Of a stretch of 64,000 nt of DNA, positions 1 to 8,308 are shown piece by piece. The stretch's first letter is position 1. Every line of letters begins with the position of its first letter. The notes below the pieces were generated by a model. The model saw only the letters and a list, made by a program, of their open reading frames with translations. It did not search any database and was not told the DNA's origin. Origin of the DNA: an uncultured Actinomycetota bacterium (lineage in GTDB: Bacteria > Actinomycetota > Actinomycetes > Actinomycetales > CAWJMD01); assembly GCA_963700925.1 (NCBI GenBank), contig OY969553.1, positions 1,016,131 to 1,080,130 on the forward strand. The letters run 5' to 3'. The position numbers were made by a program, and so were the translations under genes.

Positions 1-170
1 GTCTCAGGTCGGGTACGGCGCCCACCACCGGATCGGCGAAATTCCCGTCCAGCGGACGCGGTGGTGCCCCCAGACCCGGGCAGGTCGGACACCGTTCGTG
101 CCGCGCGTCACCCGGTCGATGGACATCCGGTGCACCCGATCGGGTGGGTCCGGTGTGATGTGCGGGTGAC

Positions 171-611
171 TCAGTCCAGCCGGGGCAGCAGGGCCGCGAC
201 GTCCTCCGGGAGCGTGCCGGCGACGACGTCGGCGACGGTCGTGCGCTCGAGGATGTGGCGCTCGGCGGCGCGCAGCGCGACCCAGACCTCGACCAGGTGC
301 CTGGACGCACCCCGGTAGTCGAGCTGCTCAGGCCGGGTGTTGCGGACGGTCGCGAGCGGACCGTCGACCGCGCGGATGATGTCGGCGATGCTCAGCTCGT
401 TCGCCGGCACGGCCAGCCGGTGGCCGCCGTCGGGGCCGCGTCGGGAGTCGACCAGGCCACCCCGTCGCAGGTCGCGGAGGATGCCCTCGAGGAAGCGCTG
501 TGGAATGCCCTCCCCGGCCGATACGGCGTCGCTCGTCAAGCTCTCCGGCTCGGCCGCCGCCAAGGCGCACGCCGCACGCAGTGCGTAGTCGACCTTCGCG
601 GTCAACCGCAC
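171..611 (-). CDS. Rrf2 family transcriptional regulator
   Basis: 146-aa ORF with the N-terminal winged-helix signature of Rrf2/IscR-type regulators (MRLTAKVDYALRA, LRRGGLVDSRRGPDGGHRL). Third codon positions are G/C-rich. Confidence 0.85.
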   Translation of the reverse strand: MRLTAKVDYALRAACALAAAEPESLTSDAVSAGEGIPQRFLEGILRDLRRGGLVDSRRGPDGGHRLAVPANELSIADIIRAVDGPLATVRNTRPEQLDYRGASRHLVEVWVALRAAERHILERTTVADVVAGTLPEDVAALLPRLD

Positions 612-629
612 GGAGGGCTCGCTCGACGG

Positions 630-1607
630 TCAGGCATTGCCCTCGAAGAGGCTGGTGACCGAGCCGTCGTCGAAGACCTCGCGGATCGCGCGTGCGATCA
701 GCGGCGCGATCGAGAGCACGGTCAAGGTGGGGAAGTGCTGCTCCTCGGGGATCGGCAGCGTGTTGGTGACGATCACCTCGGAGATCGGGCCGTTCTTGAG
801 CCGGTCGACCGCCGGACCCGACAGCACGGCGTGCGTCGAGGTGACGATGACGTCGCCGGCACCCTTGTCCTTCAGGGCCTCCGCGGCCTGCACGATCGTG
901 CCGGCGGTGTCGATCATGTCGTCGACGAGCACGCAGGTGCGTCCGGCGACGTCACCGACGACCTCGTGGACCTTGCTCTGGTTCGCCACCGCCGGGTCGC
1001 GGCGCTTGTGGATGATCGCCAGCGGAGCGCCCAGACGGTCCGACCAGAGGTCGGCGACGCGTACGCGTCCCGCGTCCGGGGAGACGATGGTCAGCTTGGA
1101 CCGGTCGACGCGCGTGCGGACGTAGTCGGCCAGCAGCGGCAGCGCCCACAGGTGGTCGACGGGCCCGTCGAAGAAGCCCTGGATCTGCGAGGTGTGCAGG
1201 TCGACGCTCATCAGCCGGTTGGCGCCGGCGGTCTTGTAGAGGTCTGCCACCAGCCGGGCCGAGATCGGCTCACGGCCACGGTGCTTCTTGTCCTGGCGCG
1301 CGTACGGGAAGAACGGCGCGATCATCGTGATGCGCTTGGCAGAGGCGCGCTTGAGCGCGTCGGCCATCAGCAGGTGCTCCATCAGCCACTGGTTGATCGG
1401 CGCGCAGTGGCTCTGCAGCACGAACGTGTCGCACCCGCGCACGCTCTCGCCGAAGCGCACGTAGATCTCACCGTTGGCGAAGTCGTAGGCCGAGGTCGGG
1501 ACGAGCTCGACGCCTAGCTCGGCCGCCACCTCCTCGGCCAGCTCGGGGTGGGCCCGGCCGCTGATCAGCACCAGCCGCTTCTCGCTCGTCGTGGTGATGC
1601 CGGTCAT
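630..1607 (-). CDS. prs: ribose-phosphate diphosphokinase (PRPP synthetase)
   Basis: 325-aa ORF with PRPP synthetase motifs (DLHTSQIQGFF, VLVDDMIDTAGT). ATGA start/stop overlap with glmU. The prs-glmU-tRNA-Gln order matches mycobacteria. Confidence 0.95.
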   Translation of the reverse strand: MTGITTTSEKRLVLISGRAHPELAEEVAAELGVELVPTSAYDFANGEIYVRFGESVRGCDTFVLQSHCAPINQWLMEHLLMADALKRASAKRITMIAPFFPYARQDKKHRGREPISARLVADLYKTAGANRLMSVDLHTSQIQGFFDGPVDHLWALPLLADYVRTRVDRSKLTIVSPDAGRVRVADLWSDRLGAPLAIIHKRRDPAVANQSKVHEVVGDVAGRTCVLVDDMIDTAGTIVQAAEALKDKGAGDVIVTSTHAVLSGPAVDRLKNGPISEVIVTNTLPIPEEQHFPTLTVLSIAPLIARAIREVFDDGSVTSLFEGNA

Positions 1608-3160
1608 GCGTTGGCCCCCGCTCCCTGGTCTGCTACCTCGGCGGTGTCCTCAGCAGCAGCCGCCTGGGCCTCGGCGGCGGCCTGGGCCGCGGCGCTGCCC
1701 GGACGGCGGCGCGCCACCCAGCCCTCGACGTTGCGCTGCCGGGCGCGGGCCACGGCCATCGCGCCGGGCGGTACGTCCTGCGTGATCACCGAGCCCGCCG
1801 CGGTGTACGCGCCGTCGCCGACGGTCACCGGCGCGATGAACATGTTGTCGGAGCCGGTGCGGCAGTGGTCGCCGATCGTCGAGTGGTGCTTGGCCACTCC
1901 GTCGTAGTTGACGAACACCGACGCGGCGCCGATGTTCGTCCCCACCCCGATCGTGGCGTCGCCCACGTAGGACAGGTGCGGAACCTTCGAACCATCGCCG
2001 ATCACAGCGTTCTTCGTCTCGACGAAGCCGCCGATCTTGCCCTTGGCCCCGAGCCGTGTGCCCGGTCGCAGGTAGCTGAAGGGGCCCACGGTGGCGCCCT
2101 CGCCGATCGTCGAGCTGTCGCCATGGGTGCGGACGACGGACGCCCCGGCACCGACCTCGCAGTTCGTCAGCGTCGAGTCGGGGCCGACCGTCGCCCCCTC
2201 CCCCACCGTGGTGGCGCCCCGCAGCTGGACGCCGGGCAGGAGCGTGACGTCGCGCGCCAGAGACACGGCAGAGTCGACCCACGTGGTGGCCAGGTCGACG
2301 ACCGTGACGCCATCCCGCATCCAGCCCTCGAGGATCCGCCGGTTCAGCTCGGCGCCCATCCGGGCCAGCTGCACGCGGTCGTTGACACCCTCGGTCTGCC
2401 AGACGTCGGCGATGCGGTGGGCGGCGACCGTGCCGCCGGCTGCCCGGGCGAGCGCCAGCACGTCGGTCAGGTAGACCTCGCCCTGCACGTTGTCGCTACC
2501 CACCTGCGCGAGCGTGTCGACGAGCACCTGAGCGTCGAAAGCGTAGAGACCCGAGTTGATCTCGGCGATCGTCCGCTGCGCGGAGTCGGCGTCCTTGTGC
2601 TCGACGATGCCCGCGACGTAGCCGCGCTCGTCGCGGACGATGCGCCCGTAGCCGGTCGGGTCGTCGACCTCGGCGGTGATGACGGTGACCGCGTGCCCTC
2701 CCGCCTCGTGCGCCTCGACCAGCTCGGTCAGCGTCTGCCCGGTCAGCATCGGCACGTCGCCGTAGGTGACGACCACCGTCCCCGCCAGGGGCCCGTGCTC
2801 ACCTGCTGCGGTGCGTGCGGCGGCCAGGGCGTCGAGCCCGCACTGGACGGCTCGGCCCGTGCCGGGCACCTCGTCCTGGTCCGCGACGACCGCGGCGGGG
2901 TCGAGCTCGGTGGCGTGCGCCGCGACCCGGTCACGCTCGTGCCGCACCACCAGCACCAGGTGCTCGGGGTCGAGGGCCCTGACCGCGCCCACCGCGTGGG
3001 CGAGCAGGCTGCGGCCGGCGATCGGGTGCAGGACCTTCGGGGTGGACGACTTCATCCGGGTCCCCTCGCCAGCGGCGAGGACCAGTGCTGCTGCCGGACG
3101 GCTCGAGCTCACGCGGACGATCTCCTCGTCGAGAGTGCGGGGGGCCGATCGGTCGCTCAT
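1604..3160 (-). CDS. glmU: bifunctional UDP-N-acetylglucosamine diphosphorylase / glucosamine-1-phosphate N-acetyltransferase
   Basis: 518-aa ORF with the N-terminal nucleotidyltransferase motif LAAGEGTRMKS. The C-terminus has hexapeptide (left-handed beta-helix) repeats and an Ala-rich tail. Confidence 0.95.
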   Translation of the reverse strand: MSDRSAPRTLDEEIVRVSSSRPAAALVLAAGEGTRMKSSTPKVLHPIAGRSLLAHAVGAVRALDPEHLVLVVRHERDRVAAHATELDPAAVVADQDEVPGTGRAVQCGLDALAAARTAAGEHGPLAGTVVVTYGDVPMLTGQTLTELVEAHEAGGHAVTVITAEVDDPTGYGRIVRDERGYVAGIVEHKDADSAQRTIAEINSGLYAFDAQVLVDTLAQVGSDNVQGEVYLTDVLALARAAGGTVAAHRIADVWQTEGVNDRVQLARMGAELNRRILEGWMRDGVTVVDLATTWVDSAVSLARDVTLLPGVQLRGATTVGEGATVGPDSTLTNCEVGAGASVVRTHGDSSTIGEGATVGPFSYLRPGTRLGAKGKIGGFVETKNAVIGDGSKVPHLSYVGDATIGVGTNIGAASVFVNYDGVAKHHSTIGDHCRTGSDNMFIAPVTVGDGAYTAAGSVITQDVPPGAMAVARARQRNVEGWVARRRPGSAAAQAAAEAQAAAAEDTAEVADQGAGANA

Positions 3161-3222
3161 GCTACCGGCCGGTTGGGATGGCTAGTTCGGCTGGTCGGCG
3201 CCAGTCGTGGCCAGTAGTGGGG

Positions 3223-3293
3223 CTCCCCCGCGAGGACTCGAACCTCGATTCGCGGTTCCAAAGACCGCTGTCCTGCCGTTGGACGACGGGGGA
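3223..3293 (-). tRNA. tRNA-Gln (anticodon UUG)
   Basis: The reverse complement folds as a cloverleaf. Acceptor stem is TCCCCCG/CGGGGGA, D arm GTCC-AACGGCA-GGAC, anticodon stem GCGGT/ACCGC with loop CTTTGGA (anticodon TTG), and T arm CGAGG-TTCGAGT-CCTCG. It sits upstream of glmU, as in mycobacteria. Confidence 0.9.
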
Positions 3294-3331
3294 ATGGTGT
3301 TGTTGGCGTGGGCCAGTGTGCCAGCGTTGGC

Positions 3332-3351
3332 AACTTACGCTCTCGTAGGTT
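3332..3351. promoter_or_regulatory. candidate operator palindrome upstream of the desaturase-TetR pair
   Basis: Inverted repeat AACTTACG-ctct-CGTAGGTT with one mismatch. It lies between a possible -35 (TTGGCA, 3327-3332) and -10 (TACGGT, 3351-3356), about 45 nt upstream of the desaturase ATG. Confidence 0.3.
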
Positions 3352-3395
3352 ACGGTGGCGTAGCCATCTTTGTTGCCGTCCCGGAGGGACCCCTG

Positions 3396-4349
3396 ATGAC
3401 TGCACTGGACACGACCGACCTGCAGAGCAGGATGCTGCACGAGCTCGAGCCCGTCGTCGAGGAGAACCTCGAGCGGCACCTGAAGATCACCAAGGACTGG
3501 ATGCCCCACGACTACGTGCCGTGGGACGAGGGCCGCAACTTCAAGTACCTCGGCGGCACCGACTGGGAGCCGGGCGACAGCAAGCTCGACCCGGTCGCGA
3601 AGACCGCGATGGTCGTCAACCTGCTGACCGAGGACAACCTGCCGAGCTACCACCGCGAGGTCGCCGAGCGCTTCGGCCGCGACGGCGCGTGGGGCACGTG
3701 GGTCGGACGGTGGACCGCCGAAGAGGGCCGGCACGCAGTGGCGATGCGCGACTACCTCGTCGTGACCCGTGGCGTGGATCCCGTCAAGCTCGAGGAGCTG
3801 CGGATGATCCACATGACCGCTGGCTACGACTCGGGCGACAAGTCGATGCTGCGCACGCTGGCGTACGTCTCGTTCCAGGAGCTCGCCACCCGCGTCAGCC
3901 ACCGCAACACCGGCAAGGCCACCGGCTGCCCCGTCGCCGAGGGGATGCTGGCCCGCATCGCGCAGGACGAGAACCTGCACATGGTCTTCTACCGCAACCT
4001 GCTCGCGGCCGCCTTCGACCGGGAGCCCGACGCCACGATGGAGGCGATCCGCGACGAGGTCGTCACCTTCGAGATGCCGGGCGCGACGATGCCCGACTAC
4101 GGCCGCAACGCCATGACGATTGCGAAGGCCGGCATCTACGACCTCAAGCTGCACCACGACGAGGTGCTGTCGCCCGTCCTGAAGTACTGGAAGGTGTTCG
4201 AGCGCACCGACCTCGGCGCCACCGGCGAGCAGGCGCGCGACGAGCTCGCGCTCTTCCTCGGACGGCTCGACGACCAGGCCACCAAGTTCGTCACGAAGCG
4301 CGAGGAGGCGGCAGCCCGCAAGGCCGAGCGGCTCGCCGCCCAGGGGTGA
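3396..4349 (+). CDS. acyl-ACP (stearoyl-ACP type) desaturase, soluble di-iron family
   Basis: 317 aa counted from the ATG at 3396, which is preceded by GGAGGGA. Di-iron EXXH motifs are present (TAEEGRHAVAM, QDENLHMVFY). The longer ORF from 3207 would overlap the tRNA and is rejected. Confidence 0.9.
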   Translation: MTALDTTDLQSRMLHELEPVVEENLERHLKITKDWMPHDYVPWDEGRNFKYLGGTDWEPGDSKLDPVAKTAMVVNLLTEDNLPSYHREVAERFGRDGAWGTWVGRWTAEEGRHAVAMRDYLVVTRGVDPVKLEELRMIHMTAGYDSGDKSMLRTLAYVSFQELATRVSHRNTGKATGCPVAEGMLARIAQDENLHMVFYRNLLAAAFDREPDATMEAIRDEVVTFEMPGATMPDYGRNAMTIAKAGIYDLKLHHDEVLSPVLKYWKVFERTDLGATGEQARDELALFLGRLDDQATKFVTKREEAAARKAERLAAQG

Positions 4350-4429
4350 CTGCAGCCGTTCAACCCGACGACGGTGTGACCAGCGCCTCGAGCCGCACCA
4401 GGCCCTCGGGCACCCGGTCCCGCGCCCGC

Positions 4430-5047
4430 ATGACGGGCAAGGAGCGCCGCGAGCAGCTCGTGAACGTCGGGCGTAAGCTGTTCGCGCAGAAGGGTTTCGA
4501 AGGCACCAGCGTCGAGGAGATCGCAGCCCGTGCGGAAGTCTCGAAGCCCGTGGTGTACGAGCACTTCGGTGGCAAGGAAGGCCTGTACGCCGTCGTCGTC
4601 GACCGCGAGATCTCGGCACTGCTCGAGTCGATCACCGGTGCCCTGGCCCTGGACGCGCACCCGCGGATCCTGGCCGAGCGCGCGGCTCTGGGCCTGCTCG
4701 ACTACATCGAGAGCTCCTCGGACGGTTTCCGCATCCTCGTCCGCGACTCGCCGGTCACCCAGGCCACCGGCAGCTACGCCAGCCTGATCTCCGACGTCGC
4801 CACCCAGGTCGAGCACATCCTCGCCGCGGCCTTCAAGCGCAGCGGGCTCGACACCAAGTTCGCGCCGATGTACTCGCAGATGCTGGTGGGCATGGTCGCG
4901 CTGACCGGCCAGTGGTGGGTCGACTCGCGCAAGCCCAAGAAGCAGGAGGTGGCCGCCCACCTGGTGAACCTGGCCTGGAACGGGCTGTCGGCCCTGGAGG
5001 CCAAGCCTCGCCTGCACGACCCTCGTCCCGACGGGAAGCGTCGCTGA
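4430..5047 (+). CDS. TetR/AcrR family transcriptional regulator
   Basis: N-terminal HTH (RREQLVNVGRKLFAQKGFEGTSVEEIAARAEVSKPVVYEHFGGKEGLY). An alternative in-frame GTG start exists at 4376. It is the 3' part of a 579-aa run-through ORF. Confidence 0.85.
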   Translation: MTGKERREQLVNVGRKLFAQKGFEGTSVEEIAARAEVSKPVVYEHFGGKEGLYAVVVDREISALLESITGALALDAHPRILAERAALGLLDYIESSSDGFRILVRDSPVTQATGSYASLISDVATQVEHILAAAFKRSGLDTKFAPMYSQMLVGMVALTGQWWVDSRKPKKQEVAAHLVNLAWNGLSALEAKPRLHDPRPDGKRR

Positions 5048-5071
5048 CCCTGTAGCTGTGCGCAGAGCCGC

Positions 5072-5599
5072 CTAGGCAGGATCAGTGGCCGGGCGACTCT
5101 GGCGCACGCGTCCGGACCGCGTTGCCGTGTCCGGGTCGGTCGGGGGTGGCAGCACGACACCGCTGGCCGCAAGGCCCGTCCTGACCAGGTTGACGATGTC
5201 GACCGCTCCCGAGCGCACGTCCGCAAGCGTCACCCACGCCGACGCCGAGGTGCTGCCGTCGACCTCGATGACGCGCGGCTCGTGGCGCTCGGTCACCTGG
5301 CCCCGGTACAGCAGCCGGATCGAGTGGTAGTCCTCCAGGGTGCCGTCGGGGGCGTGGCCGGTGAAGTGGATCGAGTCCACGTCCAGGAGCTCGTGCACCT
5401 CCACCACGAGACCGGTTTCCTCGTGCACCTCGCGGACGACGGTCTCACGGGGGTGCTCCCCGTGGTCGACGCCTCCCCCGGGCAGGGTCCAGCCACCGGG
5501 CCAGCTGGTGCGATGCGACAGCTGGGCGAGCAGCACGGCCTCGTCGCGCAGACACACCGCGTAGGCGCCGACCCGCTGGCGCCGCACGACCTGCTCCAT
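5072..5599 (-). CDS. NUDIX hydrolase
   Basis: Nudix box GGGVDHGEHPRETVVREVHEETGL. Start chosen at the ATG at 5599, which has an upstream GGGAGGG. Confidence 0.85.
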   Translation of the reverse strand: MEQVVRRQRVGAYAVCLRDEAVLLAQLSHRTSWPGGWTLPGGGVDHGEHPRETVVREVHEETGLVVEVHELLDVDSIHFTGHAPDGTLEDYHSIRLLYRGQVTERHEPRVIEVDGSTSASAWVTLADVRSGAVDIVNLVRTGLAASGVVLPPPTDPDTATRSGRVRQSRPATDPA

Positions 5600-5678
5600 G
5601 CCCTCCCGACCGGACGTCGTCACCAGCGGGAGGGTAGCCGTCGATGGACCCGGCCTTCTGCCTCGTAGGGTTGGGCCC

Positions 5679-6194
5679 ATGTCTTGGGTCGCCACCGTCC
5701 GCCGTCGTGGGTACACAGCGGCGCTGCTGGGCTTCCGGCACCTGCCGGCGCCCGTGCGCCGGACGATGGTGCGCGCCGGGACCCCAGGCTTCACCGTCGG
5801 TGCCGTCGTGGCGATCGAGTGCGGTGACGAGATCCTCTTCCTGCGCCAGCCCCACCGCGCCGGCTGGTCGCTGCCCGGTGGCCTCCTCGGCCGGGGCGAG
5901 CGCCCCGGTGAGGCGGTGGTGCGCGAGGTCCAGGAGGAGACCGGCCTGACGATCGAGGTCGGCCTGCCGCTGACCTGCCAGGTGAACGCGCGGGTCCGCC
6001 GGGTGGACGTGATCTACCGGCTGCTGGTCGACCACAAGCCTCCCGTCCGGGTGGGCGGCGAGGCCAAGGACCACCGCTGGATGCGGCTCGACGAGCTGCC
6101 GGAGGCAGACGCCTCGACCCAGGAGATCCTCGACGTGCTCGAGCGGACCCGTGACGCCGAGCAGATGACCGGGCGGCTGGTCGAGGGCACGTGA
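5679..6194 (+). CDS. NUDIX hydrolase
   Basis: Nudix box PGGLLGRGERPGEAVVREVQEETGL. It is divergent from the other NUDIX gene. The start at 5679 is uncertain. Confidence 0.8.
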   Translation: MSWVATVRRRGYTAALLGFRHLPAPVRRTMVRAGTPGFTVGAVVAIECGDEILFLRQPHRAGWSLPGGLLGRGERPGEAVVREVQEETGLTIEVGLPLTCQVNARVRRVDVIYRLLVDHKPPVRVGGEAKDHRWMRLDELPEADASTQEILDVLERTRDAEQMTGRLVEGT

Positions 6195-7057
6195 CCGCTG
6201 CCGCACGCCCCGGCCCGGAGCTGGCCGGTGTGGTGCTGGCGGCCGGGGAGGGACGTCGTCTCCGGCCGCTGACGAGCCTCCGTCCCAAGCCGCTGTGCCC
6301 GGTCGGGGGCACTGCCCTGCTGGACCGCGCCCTTCAGGCTGTGACCCCGCACTCCGGCAGCGGACCAGGGAACGTCGCGGTCAACGCGCACCACCTGGCC
6401 GCCCAGGTGGTGGCGCACGTCGGCGATCGGGCGCACGTCTCGGTAGAGGCGGCAGAGGCCTTGGGCACCGCCGGCGCACTGGGCCGCCTGGCGTCGTGGC
6501 TGGGCGGCCGATCCGTGCTGCTGGCCAACGGCGACGCGTACCTGGCCCCGCATGCCGGCCCTGTCGACGGTGTGCTCGACGCGCTCGTCGACGGGTGGGA
6601 CGGGGAGCGGTGCCGCCTGCTGGTCGCCCCGGCCGGTCGTTCGGCGAGCGGGTCACCCCGGGCCCTGCGGCCAGACTTCAGCGACGCGCGCGGCGACTGG
6701 GCGTACCTGGGCGCGTCCGTGCTTCCGGGGGATGTCGTCGCAGGGCTCCCGTCGACGCCGAGCGGTCTGTACGAGGAGTTGTGGCGCGAGCTCGACGAAC
6801 GAAACCTGTTGGACCTGTGGGCATTCGACGGTGTGGCGATCGACTGCGGCACGGCGCCTGCGTACCTGCGGGCCAACCTCCATGCCAGCGGCGGGGAGTC
6901 GGTGGTCGGCGCCGGCGCGGTGGTCGAGGGGCGCCTGACGCGGTCGGTCGTGTGGGACGGCGCCTGGGTCGGACCCGACGAGGACCTTGTCGAGGTGGTC
7001 CGCGCCGGCGACCGCACCCACCGCATCACCGTGGAGGCCCGCGAGCCCGGACGCTGA
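6191..7057 (+). CDS. sugar-phosphate nucleotidyltransferase family protein
   Basis: N-terminal motif VVLAAGEGRRLRPLTSLRPKPLCPV of NTP-transferase enzymes. The GTG start overlaps the preceding stop (GTGA). Confidence 0.8.
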   Translation: MTAAARPGPELAGVVLAAGEGRRLRPLTSLRPKPLCPVGGTALLDRALQAVTPHSGSGPGNVAVNAHHLAAQVVAHVGDRAHVSVEAAEALGTAGALGRLASWLGGRSVLLANGDAYLAPHAGPVDGVLDALVDGWDGERCRLLVAPAGRSASGSPRALRPDFSDARGDWAYLGASVLPGDVVAGLPSTPSGLYEELWRELDERNLLDLWAFDGVAIDCGTAPAYLRANLHASGGESVVGAGAVVEGRLTRSVVWDGAWVGPDEDLVEVVRAGDRTHRITVEAREPGR

Positions 7058-7131
7058 GTGTTGGCCGAGCCGTCACCGTCCGTCCGCGTGTCCGTCACCC
7101 ACCTCGGTGCGATGCGCGGTGAGGTGAGCAC

Positions 7132-8268
7132 ATGAAGCACACGCTGAAACTGCTGGCCATCGCCGCCACGGCGCTGTCCCTTGCTGGGCCCCTGCTCGCC
7201 CAGCCGCTGGCGCAGGGCACCGGGGTCGCGCAGTCCGCTGCGCGCCAGACGGTCGGGGTGGAGGGCAAGCGGCAGGCGAAGCCCCTGGTGATCGGGCACC
7301 GGGGCGCCAGTGGCTATCGTCCGGAGCACACGCTCGCCTCCTACGAGCTGGCGGCACGGATGGGCGCCGACTACATCGAGCCCGACCTCGTGATCACCCG
7401 TGACGGCGTGCTGGTGGCCCGGCACGAGAACGAGATCTCAGGCACCACCGACGTCGCGTCCCACCCTGAGTTCGCCGACCGGCGGACCACCAAGACGATC
7501 GACGGGACGGCGCTGGCCGGCTGGTTCACGGAGGACTTCACCCTCGCCGAGCTCAGGACCCTGCGCGCCATGGAGCGGATTCCCGCTGTGCGACAAGAGA
7601 ACACGCTGTTCGACCGCCGCTACCAGGTGCCCACGTTCGCCGAGGTGCTCGAGCTGCGGCGCCGGCTCGAGCGCGAGCTCGGACGGACGATCGGCGTCTA
7701 CCCCGAGACCAAGCACTCGACGTACTTCTCCTCCATCGGGCTCGAGCTGGAGACCCCGCTGGTGCGCGATCTCAGGCATCACGGCCTCGACCGCCGGGGC
7801 GCACCTGTCTTCGTGCAGTCGTTCGAGCTGACCAACCTGCAGCGGCTCGACCAGCGACTCCGGGTGCCGTTGGTGTTCCTCACGTCGGCATCGGGCGCGC
7901 CCTACGACCTGGTCGCCACCGGAGACCCGCGCACCTACGCCGACCTCACCACACCGAGTGGGCTGCAGTCGATCTCACGCTTCGTGGATGGTGTCGGCCC
8001 AGCGAAGGCGCAGGTCATCCCGGCCACGACGACCGGCGAGTTGGGCACTCCGACGACCCTGGTTCGCGACGCGCACCGCGCCGGCCTCGTCGTGCATCCG
8101 TACACGTTCCGGGCCGAGAACAGCTTCCTGCCGTCGGCGCTGAGGACGGGAGCCGACGCGGCTGCGTACGGCCGGGTGGTCGACGAGATCGACGCCTACC
8201 TGTCGACGGGCATCGACGGATTCTTCACCGACCAGCCCGACATCGGCCTGGTGGCACGCGACAGCTGA
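7132..8268 (+). CDS. glpQ: glycerophosphodiester phosphodiesterase, secreted
   Basis: Signal peptide MKHTLKLLAIAATALSLAGPLLA. GDPD motifs VIGHRGASGYRPEHT and YIEPDLVITRDGVLVARHE. Confidence 0.9.
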   Translation: MKHTLKLLAIAATALSLAGPLLAQPLAQGTGVAQSAARQTVGVEGKRQAKPLVIGHRGASGYRPEHTLASYELAARMGADYIEPDLVITRDGVLVARHENEISGTTDVASHPEFADRRTTKTIDGTALAGWFTEDFTLAELRTLRAMERIPAVRQENTLFDRRYQVPTFAEVLELRRRLERELGRTIGVYPETKHSTYFSSIGLELETPLVRDLRHHGLDRRGAPVFVQSFELTNLQRLDQRLRVPLVFLTSASGAPYDLVATGDPRTYADLTTPSGLQSISRFVDGVGPAKAQVIPATTTGELGTPTTLVRDAHRAGLVVHPYTFRAENSFLPSALRTGADAAAYGRVVDEIDAYLSTGIDGFFTDQPDIGLVARDS

Positions 8269-8308
8269 CCCGCCTCTCTGAGGGGCGCTGCGCTCGTATG
8301 CTGTCGAA

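Noticed and set aside
1-170. Possible gene fragment at the left edge (minus-strand 40-codon ORF; plus-strand ORF 61-318).
   Set aside because: Too short, with no consistent codon bias and no recognisable motif. Left unannotated.
255-1517. Long ORFs antisense to or overlapping recognised genes. Examples are 255-1517 (+), 1865-3217 (+), 3162-4619 (-), 23923-25461 (-), 35276-36892 (+) and 48178-49638 (+).
   Set aside because: These are shadow ORFs typical of very GC-rich DNA. Their products are Arg/Gly/Pro/Ala-rich low-complexity strings without motifs. The G/C-rich codon position follows the frame of the recognised gene on the other strand or frame.
3207-3395. N-terminal extension of the desaturase ORF (start at 3207).
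   Set aside because: It would be translated across the antisense tRNA-Gln gene. The ATG at 3396 has a good Shine-Dalgarno sequence, and the desaturase homology begins there.
3308-4429. Upstream 370 codons of the 579-aa ORF that ends as the TetR regulator.
   Set aside because: This stretch is out of frame relative to the desaturase occupying the same DNA and gives an Arg/Pro/Gly-rich product. The TetR HTH starts right after the ATG at 4430.
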